This document shows, in pieces, positions 43,724-57,110 of a stretch of DNA of 64,000 nucleotides (position 1 is its first letter; every line of letters begins with the position of its first letter). Under the pieces are notes generated by a model. The model was given only the letters and a program-made list of their open reading frames with translations, was not told where the DNA came from and made no database searches. Source of the stretch: Escherichia coli (GTDB lineage: Bacteria > Pseudomonadota > Gammaproteobacteria > Enterobacterales > Enterobacteriaceae); the NCBI RefSeq assembly GCF_041886205.1, contig NZ_CP169029.1; one strand, written 5' to 3'. A program made the position numbers and the translations under genes.

Positions 43724-45085
43724 TCACTTACCGTGTGGGTTACGCGTGGTTTCCCCGGAGAAATTACGCATCAGCAGAGCGTAATTGAGCTCAAGATCCT
43801 GCGGGACCGGGAGCCACACAGTATAACCATCGCCTGGTGCGACCGGCATCGCTTCACCTTTGGCGTTTTCCATGTGCTCAAGGGTAAAGTTAATGTTGCC
43901 TTGCGGCGTCATCAGCTCAAGGCTGTCGCCAACGGAGAATTTATTTTTCACCGCTACCGCCGCGAGGTCCCCCTTGCGCTCACCGGTAAACTCACCAACA
44001 AACTGCTGGCGGTCAGAAACTGAATAACCGTATTCGTAGTTCTGATAATCGTCGTGAGTATGACGACGCAGGAAACCTTCGGTATAGCCACGATGCGCCA
44101 GACCTTCCAGAGTTTCCAGCAGGCTGGTATCGAACGGTTTGCCCGCAGCGGCGTCATCGATAGCTTTACGGTAAACCTGTGCGGTGCGTGCGCAATAGTA
44201 GAAAGATTTAGTACGGCCTTCGATTTTCAGCGAATGCACGCCCATTTTGGTCAGGCGTTCTACATGGGCGATGGCGCGCAGATCTTTCGAGTTCATGATG
44301 TAAGTGCCGTGCTCATCTTCAAACGCGGTCATATACTCGCCCGGACGCTGGGCTTCTTCGATCATAAACACTTTGTCGGTTGGCGCGCCGATACCCAGCG
44401 TCGGCTCAACATTTTGCACCGGAATCGGCTCGTACTTGTGTACGATGTTGCCAACGTCATCTTCTTTCCCTTCCTGGACGTTGTACTCCCAGCGGCAGGC
44501 GTTGGTGCAGGTACCCTGGTTCGGATCGCGCTTGTTGATATAGCCAGAGAGCAGGCAGCGACCGGAGTAGGCCATGCACAGTGCGCCGTGAACGAAGATC
44601 TCGATCTCCATATCCGGCACCTGATTGCGGATCTCTTCAATCTCTTCCAGCGACAGCTCGCGAGAGAGGATCACGCGGGTCAGGCCCATTTGCTGCCAGA
44701 ATTTCACCGTCGCCCAGTTTACGGCGTTAGCCTGCACCGAGAGGTGGATCGGCATTTCAGGGAAGTGCTCACGCACCAGCATAATCAGCCCTGGATCGGA
44801 CATAATCAGCGCATCCGGCCCCATTTCCACCACCGGTTTCAGGTCACGGATAAAGGTTTTCAGCTTGGCGTTGTGCGGTGCAATGTTGACCACGACATAA
44901 AACTTTTTCCCCAGCGCGTGGGCTTCATTGATGCCGAGCTGAAGATTTTCGTGGTTGAATTCGTTGTTGCGCACACGCAGGGAGTAACGCGGCTGGCCCG
45001 CATAAACAGCATCTGCGCCATAAGCGAAAGCGTAACGCATATTTTTCAGCGTTCCCGCCGGGGAAAGGAGTTCCGGTTTAAACAT
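43724..45085 (-). CDS. yegQ: Peptidase U32-family protein (tRNA hydroxylation factor TrhP/YegQ)
   Basis: 453-aa ORF MFKPELLSPAGTLKNMRYAFAYGADAVYAGQPRYSLR. Confidence 0.9.
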   Translation of the reverse strand: MFKPELLSPAGTLKNMRYAFAYGADAVYAGQPRYSLRVRNNEFNHENLQLGINEAHALGKKFYVVVNIAPHNAKLKTFIRDLKPVVEMGPDALIMSDPGLIMLVREHFPEMPIHLSVQANAVNWATVKFWQQMGLTRVILSRELSLEEIEEIRNQVPDMEIEIFVHGALCMAYSGRCLLSGYINKRDPNQGTCTNACRWEYNVQEGKEDDVGNIVHKYEPIPVQNVEPTLGIGAPTDKVFMIEEAQRPGEYMTAFEDEHGTYIMNSKDLRAIAHVERLTKMGVHSLKIEGRTKSFYYCARTAQVYRKAIDDAAAGKPFDTSLLETLEGLAHRGYTEGFLRRHTHDDYQNYEYGYSVSDRQQFVGEFTGERKGDLAAVAVKNKFSVGDSLELMTPQGNINFTLEHMENAKGEAMPVAPGDGYTVWLPVPQDLELNYALLMRNFSGETTRNPHGK

Positions 45086-45231
45086 AATTCTCTCGTTCTG
45101 ATGACAGGTCAGATCCGCTTCACCTGATGAAGCGGTTAGGGGAGTGCCCCCACTTTAAGGGCGGGCATTGTAGCGCTGTGGGGGGATCTGGTAAAGCGCC
45201 GGACGCCAACAACCCACGCCCGGCATCGTAA

Positions 45232-45564
45232 TTACGTATTGTCTTTCACCGTCTGGCTTGTGCCATTGGCTTTAACGGAGGCAATTCCGGTTTCACGAGA
45301 TTGCGCGGTGGCGTACATCTGGCTGGAGCCGATAATTTGATGATTAGCGGCTTTCAGATTGAAATAGAATTTGCCGTTACTTGCCGTTTTTTTCTCATAG
45401 CGTTCTTCTTGCGGGCTGTTGCTACGCACCGACGCGATGCCCTTTTCCGCAGAGGCTTTTGAGGTATAAAGCTCGCTGGTGAGGATAGTCTCACCATTGC
45501 CCGCTTTTAGCACAAACCGGAACTGATTATCACTGCTCTTACTGAGTTCAAACCAACCAGCCAT
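45232..45564 (-). CDS. yegP: YegP, tandem DUF1508 (UPF0339) protein
   Basis: Start MAGWFELSKSSDNQFRFVLKAGNGE; two internal repeats of about 50 aa. Confidence 0.85.
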   Translation of the reverse strand: MAGWFELSKSSDNQFRFVLKAGNGETILTSELYTSKASAEKGIASVRSNSPQEERYEKKTASNGKFYFNLKAANHQIIGSSQMYATAQSRETGIASVKANGTSQTVKDNT

Positions 45565-45754
45565 AATGACTCCTTGATTGAAATTGTGTATCGAAAACAG
45601 CATCTAAAGGTGCTGTTTACCGATTAAAGTATGAGCGATTTTCTGATGCCTGCCAGGGCGGAGAGATAATGTCAGTTTGCTGACCATGCGTGGGATAATG
45701 TTGCCGGATCTGGTCTGAACGCCATCTCCGGCTAACAAAATAATGTCGCTAAAA

Positions 45755-46477
45755 CTAAACGATGCGGCAGGCGTCGGCTTCCCAGCGGTAACCGACGCCA
45801 TAAACGGCGCGGATAAATGACTGTTCGGCGTCGAGAGATTCCAGCTTGCGGCGCAGGTTTTTAATGTGGCTGTCGATGGTGCGGTCGGTTACTACGCGGT
45901 AGTCGTCATAAAGATGATTGAGCAATTGCTCGCGGGAGAACACTTTTCCTGGTTCGTGAGAGAGCGTTTTCAGCAGACGAAATTCCGCAGGCGTCAGGTC
46001 AAGCATTTTACCGCGCCATGAAGCCTGAAAACGACCTTCGTCGATAATCAACGGGCTTTCAGCATCCTGTTGCTGCAACTCGCGCTGCGGTTTGCAACGG
46101 CGCAAAATGGTTTTGACGCGCGCTACCACTTCCCGTGGGCTGTACGGCTTACAGATATAATCATCTGCGCCAATCTCCAGCCCCAGCAGGCGATCGATCT
46201 CTTCGATTTTTGCCGTCACCATCACGATCGGAATGTCAGAAAAACGACGAATTTCCCGGCACAGCGTCAGGCCATCGGTGCCAGGGAGCATCAGATCTAA
46301 CAGGATCAGATCCGGTGGTGTCTGGCGCACATACGGCAGTACCTGATCGCCGTGGCTGATAAGCGTCGGCGCATAGCTCGCAGCACGCAGATAATCAATG
46401 AGCAACTGCCCCAGCTTCGGTTCATCTTCCACGATCAAAATACGCGGTGTGTTTTCGTCGATTGGTAACTCGGTCAT
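45755..46477 (-). CDS. baeR: Response regulator BaeR (OmpR family)
   Basis: 240 aa with a receiver domain (LIVEDEPKL...DLMLPGTDG) and winged-helix C-terminus. Confidence 0.95.
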
Positions 46478-47877
46478 ACTTCTCTCTGTAAATCCCGTTC
46501 CAGCGGTAACTCTACTGTAATGCTTACCCCGCCAAAAGGCGAATGGGCAGCAATAATGCGACCATTATGTGCTTCAACAATGTTCAGGCAAATCGCCAGC
46601 CCCAGCCCGGAACCGCCGCTGGCACGGTTGCGGGAACCTTCGGTGCGATAAAAACGTTCAAACAATTTTTGTAGCTGATCGTCACTGACACCTGGCGCAC
46701 TGTCGGCAAAGGTCAGGCGCACCGTTTTGTCGCGCTGCCCGGCAGAGATTTGCAGGCTGCCGCCGCTGTCAGTGTAGCGCAGGCTGTTTTCCAGTAAGTT
46801 ATTGAATAACTGCATTAAACGGTCGCGATCGCCAAATACGGTAATACTGTCTGGCAGGGAAAATTGCAGTTTCAGGCCACGACTGGCGAATCGTTCGCGA
46901 AATGCGCCGCCCGCCACTTCCAGCAGTGGGATCAAATCTACCGGTGCTTTTTGATAGGCGAGAGCGCCTTCATCAGACATCGACAACTGATGGAGATCGT
47001 CAACCAGTTTGGTCAGTGTACCGACCTCCGCCTGTAAAGACGCCACCGTCTCCGGCGTGAATTTACGCACGCCATCCTGAATGGCTTCCAGTTCACCGCG
47101 CAGCACCGCTAATGGCGTACGCAGTTCGTGAGAAATATCGGCCATAAAATCGCGCCGCATTTGCTGGTTTTTCTCCAGTGTGCTGGCAAGCTGGTTGAAG
47201 TCTTGCGCCAGTTTGCCCAGTTCATCTTCACTGGTGGGCGTTACGCGGGTAGTGAAATCGCCCGCCGCCAGTTTGTGCGTGCCATCGACAAGTCGTTTTA
47301 CCGGTGCCAGTAAACCGCGCGCCAGCAGAAAAGTGGCAAGTGCCGCGAGTAACGTTGCCAGGGCGACAATCAACCAGCTGGTTTGCCGCTGTTGTTTATC
47401 GAAATTGATATCAGTATTGCGCGTTAACCGCTCAACGGGGGAGGCGATCACCGCGCCAACTTCCGCACCGTTGACCAGAATGGGTCGCCGTGTACCGTCA
47501 GGTGGAATCGGCGCTCGCGGACCAACCAGCACTTTGTTGTTTTGATCAACCACCCAGAACTGGGTACGCCAGCCGTGCGGTGGCATACCCGGGCCGGGTT
47601 TATCTTCCGAATTATCGTGTTCAAATGAACGCAGGATCTGAAAGACAAAGCGATCATTGTTGCGCAGGAAGCGCCAGTTGCCATGCTGCGCATACTGCTC
47701 GCCAAGCGCATCACTTAACAGTTGTAATCGCTGTTCATTACCATGCTTGATGTAATCAATAAAGCCACGCTCAAAACTGATACGCACCGCCCAGTGCATA
47801 CTGATCAGCAAGACAATGCAGGTGGCGAAAATCGCCAGAAACAGTTTGCCGGTAATACCGGGTCGCCAGAACTTCAT
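46474..47877 (-). CDS. baeS: Sensor histidine kinase BaeS
   Basis: 467 aa with the H-box [11 protein letters not shown] and an ATPase domain; stop overlaps the baeR start. Confidence 0.95.
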
Positions 47878-49289
47878 TGCGCGCTCCTTTTTCGCCGCGA
47901 AATAGCTACATTTTGATGCGTATCGTTCGGCACTCTGGCAAAGATGAACGCCGGAAGGGCGATGATCAACGCCATGCTAAGCCAGGTGTACATAAAGACG
48001 GTTTGTGTGGTGCCGCTGTCGACGCTGACATGCTGTGAACCAAAAAGTCCCAGCAACAGCCCGGCGATAGTGACGCCGATACTCATCGACAATTGCATAA
48101 TCATCGACAGCAGGCTGTTGCCGCTGCTCGCCAGATTGTCCGGGAGATCTTTCAGCGTCAGGGTGTTCATGGAGGAGAAACGCGTCGAGTTGACCATCCC
48201 TTGTAAAAACAGGACGAACGGCAAAACGTAGTACCAGCCCAGCAGGGCGGTAGTCATAAACAACAGGGTGACCAGCGACAGACCCAGCGTGGTCGCTACC
48301 AGTACCCGACGATAACCAAAGCGATTCACCACCTGTACCACAATTCGCTTCATTCCCATGCTGCCAAGCACCATCGGGATCATCATCAGTCCGGCATGAA
48401 ACGGCGAGAAACCGAGGCCAATTTGCAGGAAAACCGGTGTCATAAAGGGCAACATGCCACTGCCAATACGTCCGGCAAAGCTCCCCGCCAGGCCCAGCGA
48501 AAAGGTACGAGTACGGAACAGTTTCAGACTGAACAGGGCACGGTTGTTATTTCTGGCGTGCAGCAGATAAAGCACCAGTGCCACCACGCCAACTGCGACC
48601 AGGCCTGCAATCGTCAGCGGCGATAAACCTGTACCTTTACTGCCGTCCAGCGCCAGGGTTAATACCGCCATGCCAACCGCCAGCAATAAAAATCCGGAGA
48701 GATCAAAGCGCCGCGTCTGCATGGTGTAGTTTGGCATTAACAGCAATGTGGCGATCGCACCGATAATCCCCACCGGAATGTTGATCAAAAAGATCCAGTG
48801 CCACGATGCGTACTCCACCAGCAGACCGCCGAGCGCCGGACCGAGCAGCGGACCGACCTGACCGGGTAACGTGACAAAGGTCATCGCCGCCATATATTGC
48901 TCGCGCGGTACGATTTTCATCACCGTCAATCTGCCGACCGGCACCATCATCGCGCCGCCAACGCCCTGTAACGCGCGTGCCAGCAACAGTTCGTTCAGCG
49001 TGCCGGAAAGCGCGCAAAACAGTGAACCGAGAGTAAACAGCACGATGGCGGTAAAGAAAATATTGCGCACGCCGACTTTGTCCGCCAGCCAGCCGCTGGC
49101 GGGCAGCATCACCGCCACGGTCAGCACATAAGAGACAATGACCATGTGCATATGCAACGGACTTTCCCCGAGGCTTTGCGCCATTGAGGGAAGGGCGGTG
49201 TTTACGATGGTGGTGTCCAGCGACTGCATAAAGAAGCCGAAAGCCACAATCCACAATTGCCAACGGGTGCTGTCGGGAAGATCTGTCAT
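47874..49289 (-). CDS. mdtD: MFS transporter MdtD
   Basis: 471-aa polytopic MFS protein. Confidence 0.95.
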   Translation of the reverse strand: MTDLPDSTRWQLWIVAFGFFMQSLDTTIVNTALPSMAQSLGESPLHMHMVIVSYVLTVAVMLPASGWLADKVGVRNIFFTAIVLFTLGSLFCALSGTLNELLLARALQGVGGAMMVPVGRLTVMKIVPREQYMAAMTFVTLPGQVGPLLGPALGGLLVEYASWHWIFLINIPVGIIGAIATLLLMPNYTMQTRRFDLSGFLLLAVGMAVLTLALDGSKGTGLSPLTIAGLVAVGVVALVLYLLHARNNNRALFSLKLFRTRTFSLGLAGSFAGRIGSGMLPFMTPVFLQIGLGFSPFHAGLMMIPMVLGSMGMKRIVVQVVNRFGYRRVLVATTLGLSLVTLLFMTTALLGWYYVLPFVLFLQGMVNSTRFSSMNTLTLKDLPDNLASSGNSLLSMIMQLSMSIGVTIAGLLLGLFGSQHVSVDSGTTQTVFMYTWLSMALIIALPAFIFARVPNDTHQNVAISRRKRSAQ

Positions 49290-52200
49290 TTACTCGGTTA
49301 CCGTTTGTTTAGGTTTACGCGAAAAACGCAGCCGCAGACGGTCGAAAAAGAGATACACCACCGGCGTGGTATACAGCGTAAGGAGCTGGCTCATTACCAG
49401 TCCGCCGACAATGGTGATCCCCAGGGGTTGCCGCAGCTCCGAGCCGTCGCCGCCCGACAATACCAGCGGCAGCGCACCAAACAGCGCCGCCAGGGTAGTC
49501 ATCATAATCGGGCGAAAACGCAGCAGACAGGCCTGGAAAATAGCTTCCTGCGGCGTCAGGTTACCGTGCCGTTGGGCTTCAAGCGCAAAATCGACCATCA
49601 TAATGGCGTTTTTCTTCACGATGCCGATTAATAGCATGATCCCTATCAGGGCGATTAGGCTGAACGGGGCATTGAACAGCTCCAGCGCCAACAGCGCTCC
49701 AACGCCCGCCGAGGGCAGGGTGGAGAGAATCGTCAGCGGATGTACGTAACTCTCGTAAAGGATACCCAGCACGATATACACCGTGGCGATGGCGGCGATA
49801 ATCAGGATCACCTGCGAGTTCATCGTCTCCTGGAACACCTGCGCCGTGCCGGCAAAACTGCCGCGCACCGTCGAAGGCACACCAAGCTGGGTCATTGCGC
49901 GATCGATCGCCGCACTGGCGTCCGAGAGCGATTTTCCGGTCGGCAGGTTAAACGAAATGGTCGAGGCCGCCGATAATCCCTGATGATTCACCGATAGTGG
50001 GGCATTCGCCGGTTGCCATTTAGCGAAATACGACAGCGGGATCGCTTTGCCTTCGTTATTGATAACGAACATTTTTTCCAGCGCACTGATGTCCTGGGTA
50101 TAGCGCGGATCCACTTCCATCACCACTTTATACTGGTTCATCGGCTGGTAAATGGTCGAGATTTGCCGCTGACCGAAGGCGTTATTTAACAGACTGTTGG
50201 CGGCTTGTACGTCGATTCCCAGCCGTGCCATGGTGTCGCGGTCGTAAACCAGATTCATCTCCGCGCCGTTATCCTGCTGATCGGAGTTCACGTCCGCCAG
50301 TTCCGGCAACGTCGCCAGTTTTTTGCGGATTTTCGGCTCCCATTCTCGCAGTGCCGCCAGGTCGTCGGATAACAACGTGTACTGGTAGCTGGCGTTCGAC
50401 TGACGCCCACCAACGCGAATATCCTGTACCGCCATCAGGAACAGATTCGCCCCCGGTTCTTTCGCCAGTTTTACGCGCAGACGGTCGATAATTTGCTGCG
50501 CCGTTTCGCTGCGTTCGTCGCGTGGCTTGAGGGTGATAAACATCATCCCGCTGTTCACTCGCGAACCGCCTGTAAAGCCGGTGACATTATCCACTGCCGG
50601 ATCGTCACGGATAATTTTCATGAAATCCTGCAACTTACCGCGCATCGCCTGAAACGAAATACTCTGATCCGCCTGAATCCCGCCCATCAACACGCCAGTG
50701 TCCTGCTCCGGGAAGAAGGTTTTCGGGATCGAGATATACAGCCAGATATTCAGCGCAATGGTGCCAAGCAGCACCACGCCCACCAGATGGGTATGATTGA
50801 GCACCCATTTCAGTGACTTGCCGTAGCCTTGTTGCAGGGCTACCAACATGCGACCAAAACCACGCAGTCGCTTTTGCTCGCGCGGCTTGCTGGCTTTCAG
50901 CATCCAGCCACACATCATTGGCGTTAATGTCAGAGAAACCAGCAACGATATACCAATGGCGACAGAAAGCGTCACGGCAAATTCGCGTAACAGTCGGCCC
51001 GGCAATCCGCCCATCAACAGCAGCGGCAGGAACACCGCCACCAGTGACAGACTCATCGACAGCACCGTAAAACCGACTTCGCGAGTACCTTGCAGTGCGG
51101 CTTGCAACGGTTTCATTCCCGCTTCCAGATGACGTGCAATGTTTTCCAGCACCACGATGGCGTCATCCACCACGAAACCAGTAGCGATGGTGAGCGCCAT
51201 TAACGAAAGGTTATTGAGACTGAATCCGCACAGGTACATCGCCGCAAACGTACCAATCAGCGAAACCGGCACCGAAACGGCGGGAATAATAGTGGCGCGA
51301 CCCGAGCGCAGGAATAAAAACACCACCAGAATCACCAGCGCCACCGAGATAATCAGCGTTTGCTCGACTTCTTCCAGCGAGGCGCGAATGGTGGGGGAGC
51401 GATCCTGGGCAATTTGCAGATCAATCGCCGCCGGAATGGTTTCCTGCAACTCCGGTAATTTTGCCCGGATGCTGTCAACCGTCTGGATAATATTGGCTTC
51501 CGGCAGTTTGCGGATCATCAGTAAAATAGCCGGTTTGGCGTTGGTCATCCCGGCGTTGCGCACATCCTGCACTGAGTCGGTCACCGTCGCCACATCGCCC
51601 AGACGAACCGCGCCGCCGTTGTTGTAGTGAATAATCAACGGCTGATATTCAGCGGCGGTTTTTAGCTCATCATTGGTCTGGATCTGCCAGCGGTGAGTGC
51701 CATCTTCCAGCGCGCCCTGCGGTTTACGCACGTTGGCATTGCTGACGGCGGTGCGTACGTCGTCCAGCGACACGCCCTGATTAAACAGCGCCTGCGGATT
51801 CAGCCCGACGCGTACGGCGGGCAGTGAGCTGCCTCCGACATCGACATCACCAACACCGTCGATTTGCGAAATTGTCGGAGCCAGCTGCGTCGAGGCGAAA
51901 TCGTACAGTTCACCCTGCGAATAAGTATCGGACGTCAGCGTGAGGATCATAATTGGCGCATCCGACGGGTTCGCTTTGCGATAGGTCGGGCGGCTGGGCA
52001 TCCCACTGGGCAGCAAACTTTGTGCAGCGTTGATCGCCGCCTGCACATCACGCGCTGCGCCGTTGATATCCCGGTCAAAATCAAACTGCAAAATAATACG
52101 CGTGCTGCCGAGCGAACTGCTGGAGGTCATTTCACTGACTCCGGCAATGCGCCCAAGTGAGCGCTCCAGCGGCGTGGCAACGGAAGACGCCATTGTTTCT

Positions 52201-52367
52201 GGTGACGCACCGGGCAGCGAGGCGCTGACCATAATCACCGGAAAATCGACCTGCGGCAGCGGGGCGACCGGCAGCATACGGAAGCCCAGTATGCCGCACA
52301 GGGTAATGGCAACCGACAGTAAAATCGTCGCCACCGGACGGTAAATGAAGAGGGCAAAAAACTTCAC
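49290..52367 (-). CDS. mdtC: RND multidrug efflux pump subunit MdtC
   Basis: 1025-aa RND protein. Confidence 0.95.
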   Translation of the reverse strand: MKFFALFIYRPVATILLSVAITLCGILGFRMLPVAPLPQVDFPVIMVSASLPGASPETMASSVATPLERSLGRIAGVSEMTSSSSLGSTRIILQFDFDRDINGAARDVQAAINAAQSLLPSGMPSRPTYRKANPSDAPIMILTLTSDTYSQGELYDFASTQLAPTISQIDGVGDVDVGGSSLPAVRVGLNPQALFNQGVSLDDVRTAVSNANVRKPQGALEDGTHRWQIQTNDELKTAAEYQPLIIHYNNGGAVRLGDVATVTDSVQDVRNAGMTNAKPAILLMIRKLPEANIIQTVDSIRAKLPELQETIPAAIDLQIAQDRSPTIRASLEEVEQTLIISVALVILVVFLFLRSGRATIIPAVSVPVSLIGTFAAMYLCGFSLNNLSLMALTIATGFVVDDAIVVLENIARHLEAGMKPLQAALQGTREVGFTVLSMSLSLVAVFLPLLLMGGLPGRLLREFAVTLSVAIGISLLVSLTLTPMMCGWMLKASKPREQKRLRGFGRMLVALQQGYGKSLKWVLNHTHLVGVVLLGTIALNIWLYISIPKTFFPEQDTGVLMGGIQADQSISFQAMRGKLQDFMKIIRDDPAVDNVTGFTGGSRVNSGMMFITLKPRDERSETAQQIIDRLRVKLAKEPGANLFLMAVQDIRVGGRQSNASYQYTLLSDDLAALREWEPKIRKKLATLPELADVNSDQQDNGAEMNLVYDRDTMARLGIDVQAANSLLNNAFGQRQISTIYQPMNQYKVVMEVDPRYTQDISALEKMFVINNEGKAIPLSYFAKWQPANAPLSVNHQGLSAASTISFNLPTGKSLSDASAAIDRAMTQLGVPSTVRGSFAGTAQVFQETMNSQVILIIAAIATVYIVLGILYESYVHPLTILSTLPSAGVGALLALELFNAPFSLIALIGIMLLIGIVKKNAIMMVDFALEAQRHGNLTPQEAIFQACLLRFRPIMMTTLAALFGALPLVLSGGDGSELRQPLGITIVGGLVMSQLLTLYTTPVVYLFFDRLRLRFSRKPKQTVTE

Positions 52368-55300
52368 TTACGCCTCCTCTTCATGACGGGCAAAGCGGCT
52401 TTTGGTCCACAATGCCAGGCGGTCGAACAGCAGATAAATCACCGGCGTGGTGAACAGCGTCAGCACCTGGCTGACAATCAGGCCGCCGACCATGCCGATA
52501 CCTAACGGACGACGCAGTTCCGCGCCGACCCCGGTACTCAACATCAGCGGCAGCGCGCCAAGCAGAGCCGCCAGGGTGGTCATCAGGATCGGACGAAAAC
52601 GCAACAGACAAGCCTGGTAGATTGCCTCGCGCGGCGACATGCCTTGCTCGCGCTCGGCAGCCAGCGCGAAGTCGATCATCATGATGGCGTTCTTCTTCAC
52701 GATACCGATCAGCAAAATAATGCCGATAATCGCAATCACATCCAGTTCGCTACCAGCAATCAGCAACGCCAGCAGTGCGCCAACCCCTGCGGTGGGTAGC
52801 GTCGAGAGAATGGTGATCGGGTGAATAAAGCTCTCGTACAGAATGCCGAGCACGATATACATCGCCACCACCGCCGCGACAATCAGCCAGACAGTGCTGC
52901 CCAGCGCCGACTGGAAGGCGAGGGTGCTGCCCTGGAACTGCGTGGTGATATCCACCGGCAGATTCAGCGTCTTTTCGGTGTCCATAATCGCCTGCACCGC
53001 ATCGCCCAGCGAATAGTTATCCGGCACGTTAAAGGAGATGGTCGTTACCGGGAACTGATCCAGATGGTTGATGGAGAGCGGCGCAAAACGCTGCTCAATT
53101 TTGGCAATTGAGCTTAGCGGCACCACGCCGCCGTCGCTGCTGGTCAGGCGAATGGTATCCAGCGCCGCGAGGCCTGGGGTATTTTCGGTGTTGTGCTCCA
53201 GCACCACGCGATACTGGTTGGCCTGAGTATAAATAGTGGAAATCAGCCGCTGACCAAACGCGTTGTACAGGGCGTTATCGACATCCGCCATGCTGATCCC
53301 CAGACGGCTGGCGCTGTCGCGATCAACATTGACATACGCCACCAGCCCTTTGTCCTGCCAGTCGCTGGAGACATCAGAAAGCTGTGGCAGTTGCTGGAGT
53401 TTTTCCATCAACTGTGGCACCCAGGTACTGAGCGCATCCAGTGACGTGGCCTGCAAGGTAAACTGGTACTGGGTGCGGCTGACCTGAGTATCAATAGTCA
53501 GATCCTGCGTTGGTTGCAGGAAGAGATCGACGCCCGGCACTTTATCTACCGCCGTTTGCAGACGGGCGATGACTTTTTGCACCCGATCATCACGTTCATC
53601 CAACGGTTTGAGGTTGATTTGTAAACGTGCACTGTTCAGCGACGGGTTAGTGCCATCAACGCCAACAAATGAGGTCAGGCTTTGCACTGCCGGATCCTGC
53701 AAAATCACGTCCGCGACCTGGCGTTGTCGCTGGGCCATATTGGCAAAGGAGCTGGATTGCGGTGCCTGCAAAGTGCCCTGAATAATGCCATTGTCCTGTA
53801 CCGGGAAGAAACCTTTCGGAATGAACACCCACAGCAGCACGCTAAGCAGCAGCGTGCTGAGTGCCACGCTTAAGGTCAGCCACGGATGATTCAGCACTTT
53901 CGCCAGTCCACGACCATAGGCGGCGATTATCCTGTCGAACATTTTTTCCGAGGCACGGGAGAAGCGGTTCTGTTTACGCAACGACTCCTGGCTGAGCATC
54001 CGCGCGCACATCATCGGTGTCAGGGTCAGCGACACCACCGCTGAGATCAAAATCGCTACCGCCAGGGTAATAGCAAATTCGCGGAACAGTCGCCCGACGA
54101 TATCGCCCATAAACAGCAGTGGGATCAACACCGCAATCAGTGAGAAGGTCAGCGAGATAATGGTAAAGCCGATTTCACCTGCGCCCTTGAGCGCCGCCGC
54201 CAACGGTTTTTCGCCTTTTTCGATATAGCGGGAAATGTTTTCGATCACCACGATGGCGTCATCGACCACGAATCCGGTGGCGATAGTTAACGCCATCAGT
54301 GTCAGGTTATTGATTGAAAAATCGAGAAACACCATAACCGCGAAAGTGCCGATTAACGACAGCGGTACAGCAACACCGGGAATGATGGTCGCCGGAATAT
54401 TGCGCAAAAACAGGTAGATAATCATGACTACCAGCGCGATAGCCATCATCAATTCAAACTGAGTATCATCGACGGATGCGCGGATATTGGTGGTGCGATC
54501 GGAAAGCACTGTCACCTTCACCGATTTCGGCAGACTCTCAGTGAGCTGTGGCAGCATCTGCCGAATGCTGTCGGCGGTGGAGATAATGTTAGCACCGGGC
54601 TGGCGCTGAACATTCATCACAATGGCCTGTTCTTTGTTCGCCCACGCGCCGAGCCAGCTGTTTTCTGCACCTTGCTCTACAGTTGCGACATCGCCCAGAC
54701 GAATTGGCGCGCCGTTCTGGTAGGCGATGATTAGCTGGCGATACTCTTCGGCGGATTGCATCTGGTCGTTCGCGGAAAGCGTGACCGCACGGGAAGGGCC
54801 GTCGAGGCTACCTTTTGCCGAGTTAACGTTAGCGCCGGTAATGGCGGTGCGCACGGTTTCGCTGGTCAGGCCGAGGGCGGCAATCGCCTGAGCGTTAAGT
54901 TTGACGCGAACAGCCGGACGCTGACCGCCGGAAAGCGTCACCAGGCCGACGCCGGAAATCTGCGAGATTTTCTGCGCGACGCGGGTTTCCACCATATCTT
55001 CCACTTGCGTCATCGGCATGGCGGTTGAGGTGACGGCGAGCGTCATGATCGGCGGATCTGCCGGGTTCACTTTGCTGTAAACCGGCGGGTTAGGCAGATC
55101 GCTCGGCAACAAGTTGGTCGCAGCGTTAATCGCGGCCTGCACTTCCTGCTCGGCGACATCGAGCGGTAATGTTAGCTGGAACTGCAAAGTGATAACTGAC
55201 GCACCGCCGGAACTTTGCGACGACATCTGTTTCAGGCCAGACATCTGCCCGAACTGGCGTTCTAGCGGCGCGGTAACGGCAGAGGTCATGACATCCGGGC

Positions 55301-55490
55301 TGGCACCTGGGTAGAGCGTGACCACCTGAATGGTCGGATAGTCCACTTCCGGCAGCGCCGAAACGGGCAGGGCGCGATAACCGATAATCCCGGCGAGTAA
55401 GATCGCCACCATCAGCAGCGTGGTGGCCACAGGACGCATAATAAACAGGCGCGACGGGCCGCCTGTGCTGCTCGGGGGTAACACCTGCAT
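52368..55490 (-). CDS. mdtB: RND multidrug efflux pump subunit MdtB
   Basis: 1040-aa RND protein. Confidence 0.95.
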
Positions 55491-56737
55491 CAGGAGCGTG
55501 CTCCTTTTTTCGCGTATTCGCGGCTGGTGGCTTTCTCTTCCGGAGTAGTGGCGCTCTGGGCTTCCACCACTTCCACTTTCGCCCCTTCGGTCAGGCGATC
55601 AATGCCGTCTGTCACCACGCGATCGCCCGCAGAAATACCTGCACGGATCACCACTTTCTGACTGTCCTGAATGCCCGGCGTCACCAGATGTTTGCTGACC
55701 TTGTTTTCGCTATTCAGCACCCAGACAAAATGGCCTTCATTGCCCATTTGCAGGGCGGCTGTTGGGATCACTACGGCGTTTTGTTCGGTGTCGACTAACA
55801 TGCGCGCGTTAACAAACTGATTGGGAAACAGCGCATCATCCTGATTATTAAAGCGTGCTTTCACTTTAATCGTACCGGTAGTGGCATCGATTTGGTTATC
55901 TAGACTTAACAGCGTGCCTTCACTTAATTTCTTCGAGTTGGTGCGATCCCAGGCTTCTACCACCAGCGGTTTTCCGGCTTTCTGCGCCTGCACTACGGTA
56001 GCGATATCGCTTTCCGGCAGGGTAAAGACTAAATCGATAGGATGCGTCTGGGTGATCACCACGATCCCGGTGGTATCACCACTGGAGATTTGGTTACCAA
56101 CATCAACCTGCTTGAGACCAACGCGACCATCGACTGGTGCGGTAATCCGGCTCCAGTCGAGTTGCAGCTGCGCGCTGGCAACGCTTGCTTCATCAGCCTT
56201 AATGGTGCCTTCGGTTTCACTGACCAGCGCCTGTTGGGCATCCAGCTCCTGGCGGGAAACGAGATTGGTTTTTGCCAGTTGTTGATAACGCGCCAGGTCA
56301 CGGCGGGCGTTGGCAAGCGTGGCTTTATCTTTTGCCAGTTGGCCCTGGGCTTGTGCTAATGCAACTTTGAACTGGCTGGGGTCAATTTCTGCCAGTAAAT
56401 CGCCTGCTTTGACCTGCTGGCCTTCCTGGAAATGTAACGCTATCAGTTGGCCGTCCACGCGGCTGCGCACCGTAACGGTATTAGCGGCGGTAATGGTGCC
56501 AAGCCCGGTGAGGTAACGCGGAACTGCCTGTTCTACGGCGGTCGCCGCCTGAACCGGGGCTAATGGGCCGGAACGCATACCACGTCGACCACCCGCTGGC
56601 GATTGCTGCGCTTGTTTCGTCGCCCCTGGGGCTGCACTCCGGGAGTCATTGCGGCCTTGCCAGAACCAGAATGCGGCGATGGCGGCGATAACCACCACGA
56701 TTACGATTACCCAACGGGATTTATAACTACCTTTCAT
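55490..56737 (-). CDS. mdtA: RND membrane fusion protein MdtA
   Basis: Start placed at [23 protein letters not shown] (ATG 56737). The ORF-track extension to 56884 is judged spurious. Confidence 0.9.
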   Translation of the reverse strand: MKGSYKSRWVIVIVVVIAAIAAFWFWQGRNDSRSAAPGATKQAQQSPAGGRRGMRSGPLAPVQAATAVEQAVPRYLTGLGTITAANTVTVRSRVDGQLIALHFQEGQQVKAGDLLAEIDPSQFKVALAQAQGQLAKDKATLANARRDLARYQQLAKTNLVSRQELDAQQALVSETEGTIKADEASVASAQLQLDWSRITAPVDGRVGLKQVDVGNQISSGDTTGIVVITQTHPIDLVFTLPESDIATVVQAQKAGKPLVVEAWDRTNSKKLSEGTLLSLDNQIDATTGTIKVKARFNNQDDALFPNQFVNARMLVDTEQNAVVIPTAALQMGNEGHFVWVLNSENKVSKHLVTPGIQDSQKVVIRAGISAGDRVVTDGIDRLTEGAKVEVVEAQSATTPEEKATSREYAKKGARS

Positions 56738-56790
56738 CGTTAAGAGTTTCTCTTCCTGAAACGTTTCGCGGAATGATACTAGTGTAGCCA

Positions 56791-56808
56791 GCCAATAAGG
56801 GAGAAAAA
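56791..56808 (-). promoter_or_regulatory. Candidate BaeR box upstream of mdtA
   Basis: Minus-strand tttttctcccttattggc matches the BaeR consensus TTTTTCTCCATDATTGGC as I recall it. Confidence 0.6.
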
Positions 56809-56974
56809 TGGAGGAATTATGAAACACTGTCTGGAATCGTCTGAATGACGGGCACATTTGCGAGCACGCATCCAGTAATAACACAGGAAACTATTTTATC
56901 TACGCGTTAGCGATAGACTGCTTGCATGGCGAAAGGAGGTAAGCCGACGATTTCAGCGGGACGCTGAAACGGGA

Positions 56975-57110
56975 AAGCCCCTCCCGAGGAAGGGGCCATA
57001 AATAAGGAAAGGGTCATGATGAAGCTACTCATCATCGTGGTGCTCTTAGTCATAAGCTTCCCCGCTTACTAAGACTACCAGGGCGGGGGAAACCCCGCTC
57101 TACCCTCACT
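56975..57110 (-). ncRNA. Sib-family antisense antitoxin RNA, copy 1 (ends approximate)
   Basis: Antisense to ibs; minus-strand TTGACA at 57138..57143 with a -10-like tacttt 17 nt away; hairpin plus U-rich stretch near 56975. Ends are inferred, not mapped. Confidence 0.55.
57016..57072 (+). CDS. Ibs-family type I toxin (18 aa), copy 1
   Basis: MMKLLIIVVLLVISFPAY. Confidence 0.85.
   Translation: MMKLLIIVVLLVISFPAY

Noticed and set aside
44054-45127. 357-aa ORF on the + strand
   Set aside because: It lies entirely antisense to yegQ, whose translation is a clear U32-peptidase-family protein. The plus-strand product is low-complexity and Arg/His-rich, typical of a spurious antisense frame.
45086-45231. 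Possible terminator or sRNA in the yegP-yegQ intergenic region (hairpin ccgcttca...tgaagcgg)
   Set aside because: The hairpin is not followed by a U-run on either strand, and I could not match it to a known sRNA. The evidence is insufficient to call a feature.
49138-51627. Several 80-200-aa ORFs on the + strand (for example 49138..49749, 51139..51627)
   Set aside because: They are embedded antisense within mdtC/mdtD. High-GC coding regions commonly leave open antisense frames, and their products are Ser/Arg/Ala-rich low-complexity sequences.
56738-56884. N-terminal extension of mdtA in the ORF track (464 aa versus about 415 aa)
   Set aside because: The extension lacks a signal or lipoprotein character and overlaps the promoter and BaeR-box region. 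The [16 protein letters not shown] start fits a membrane-fusion protein.
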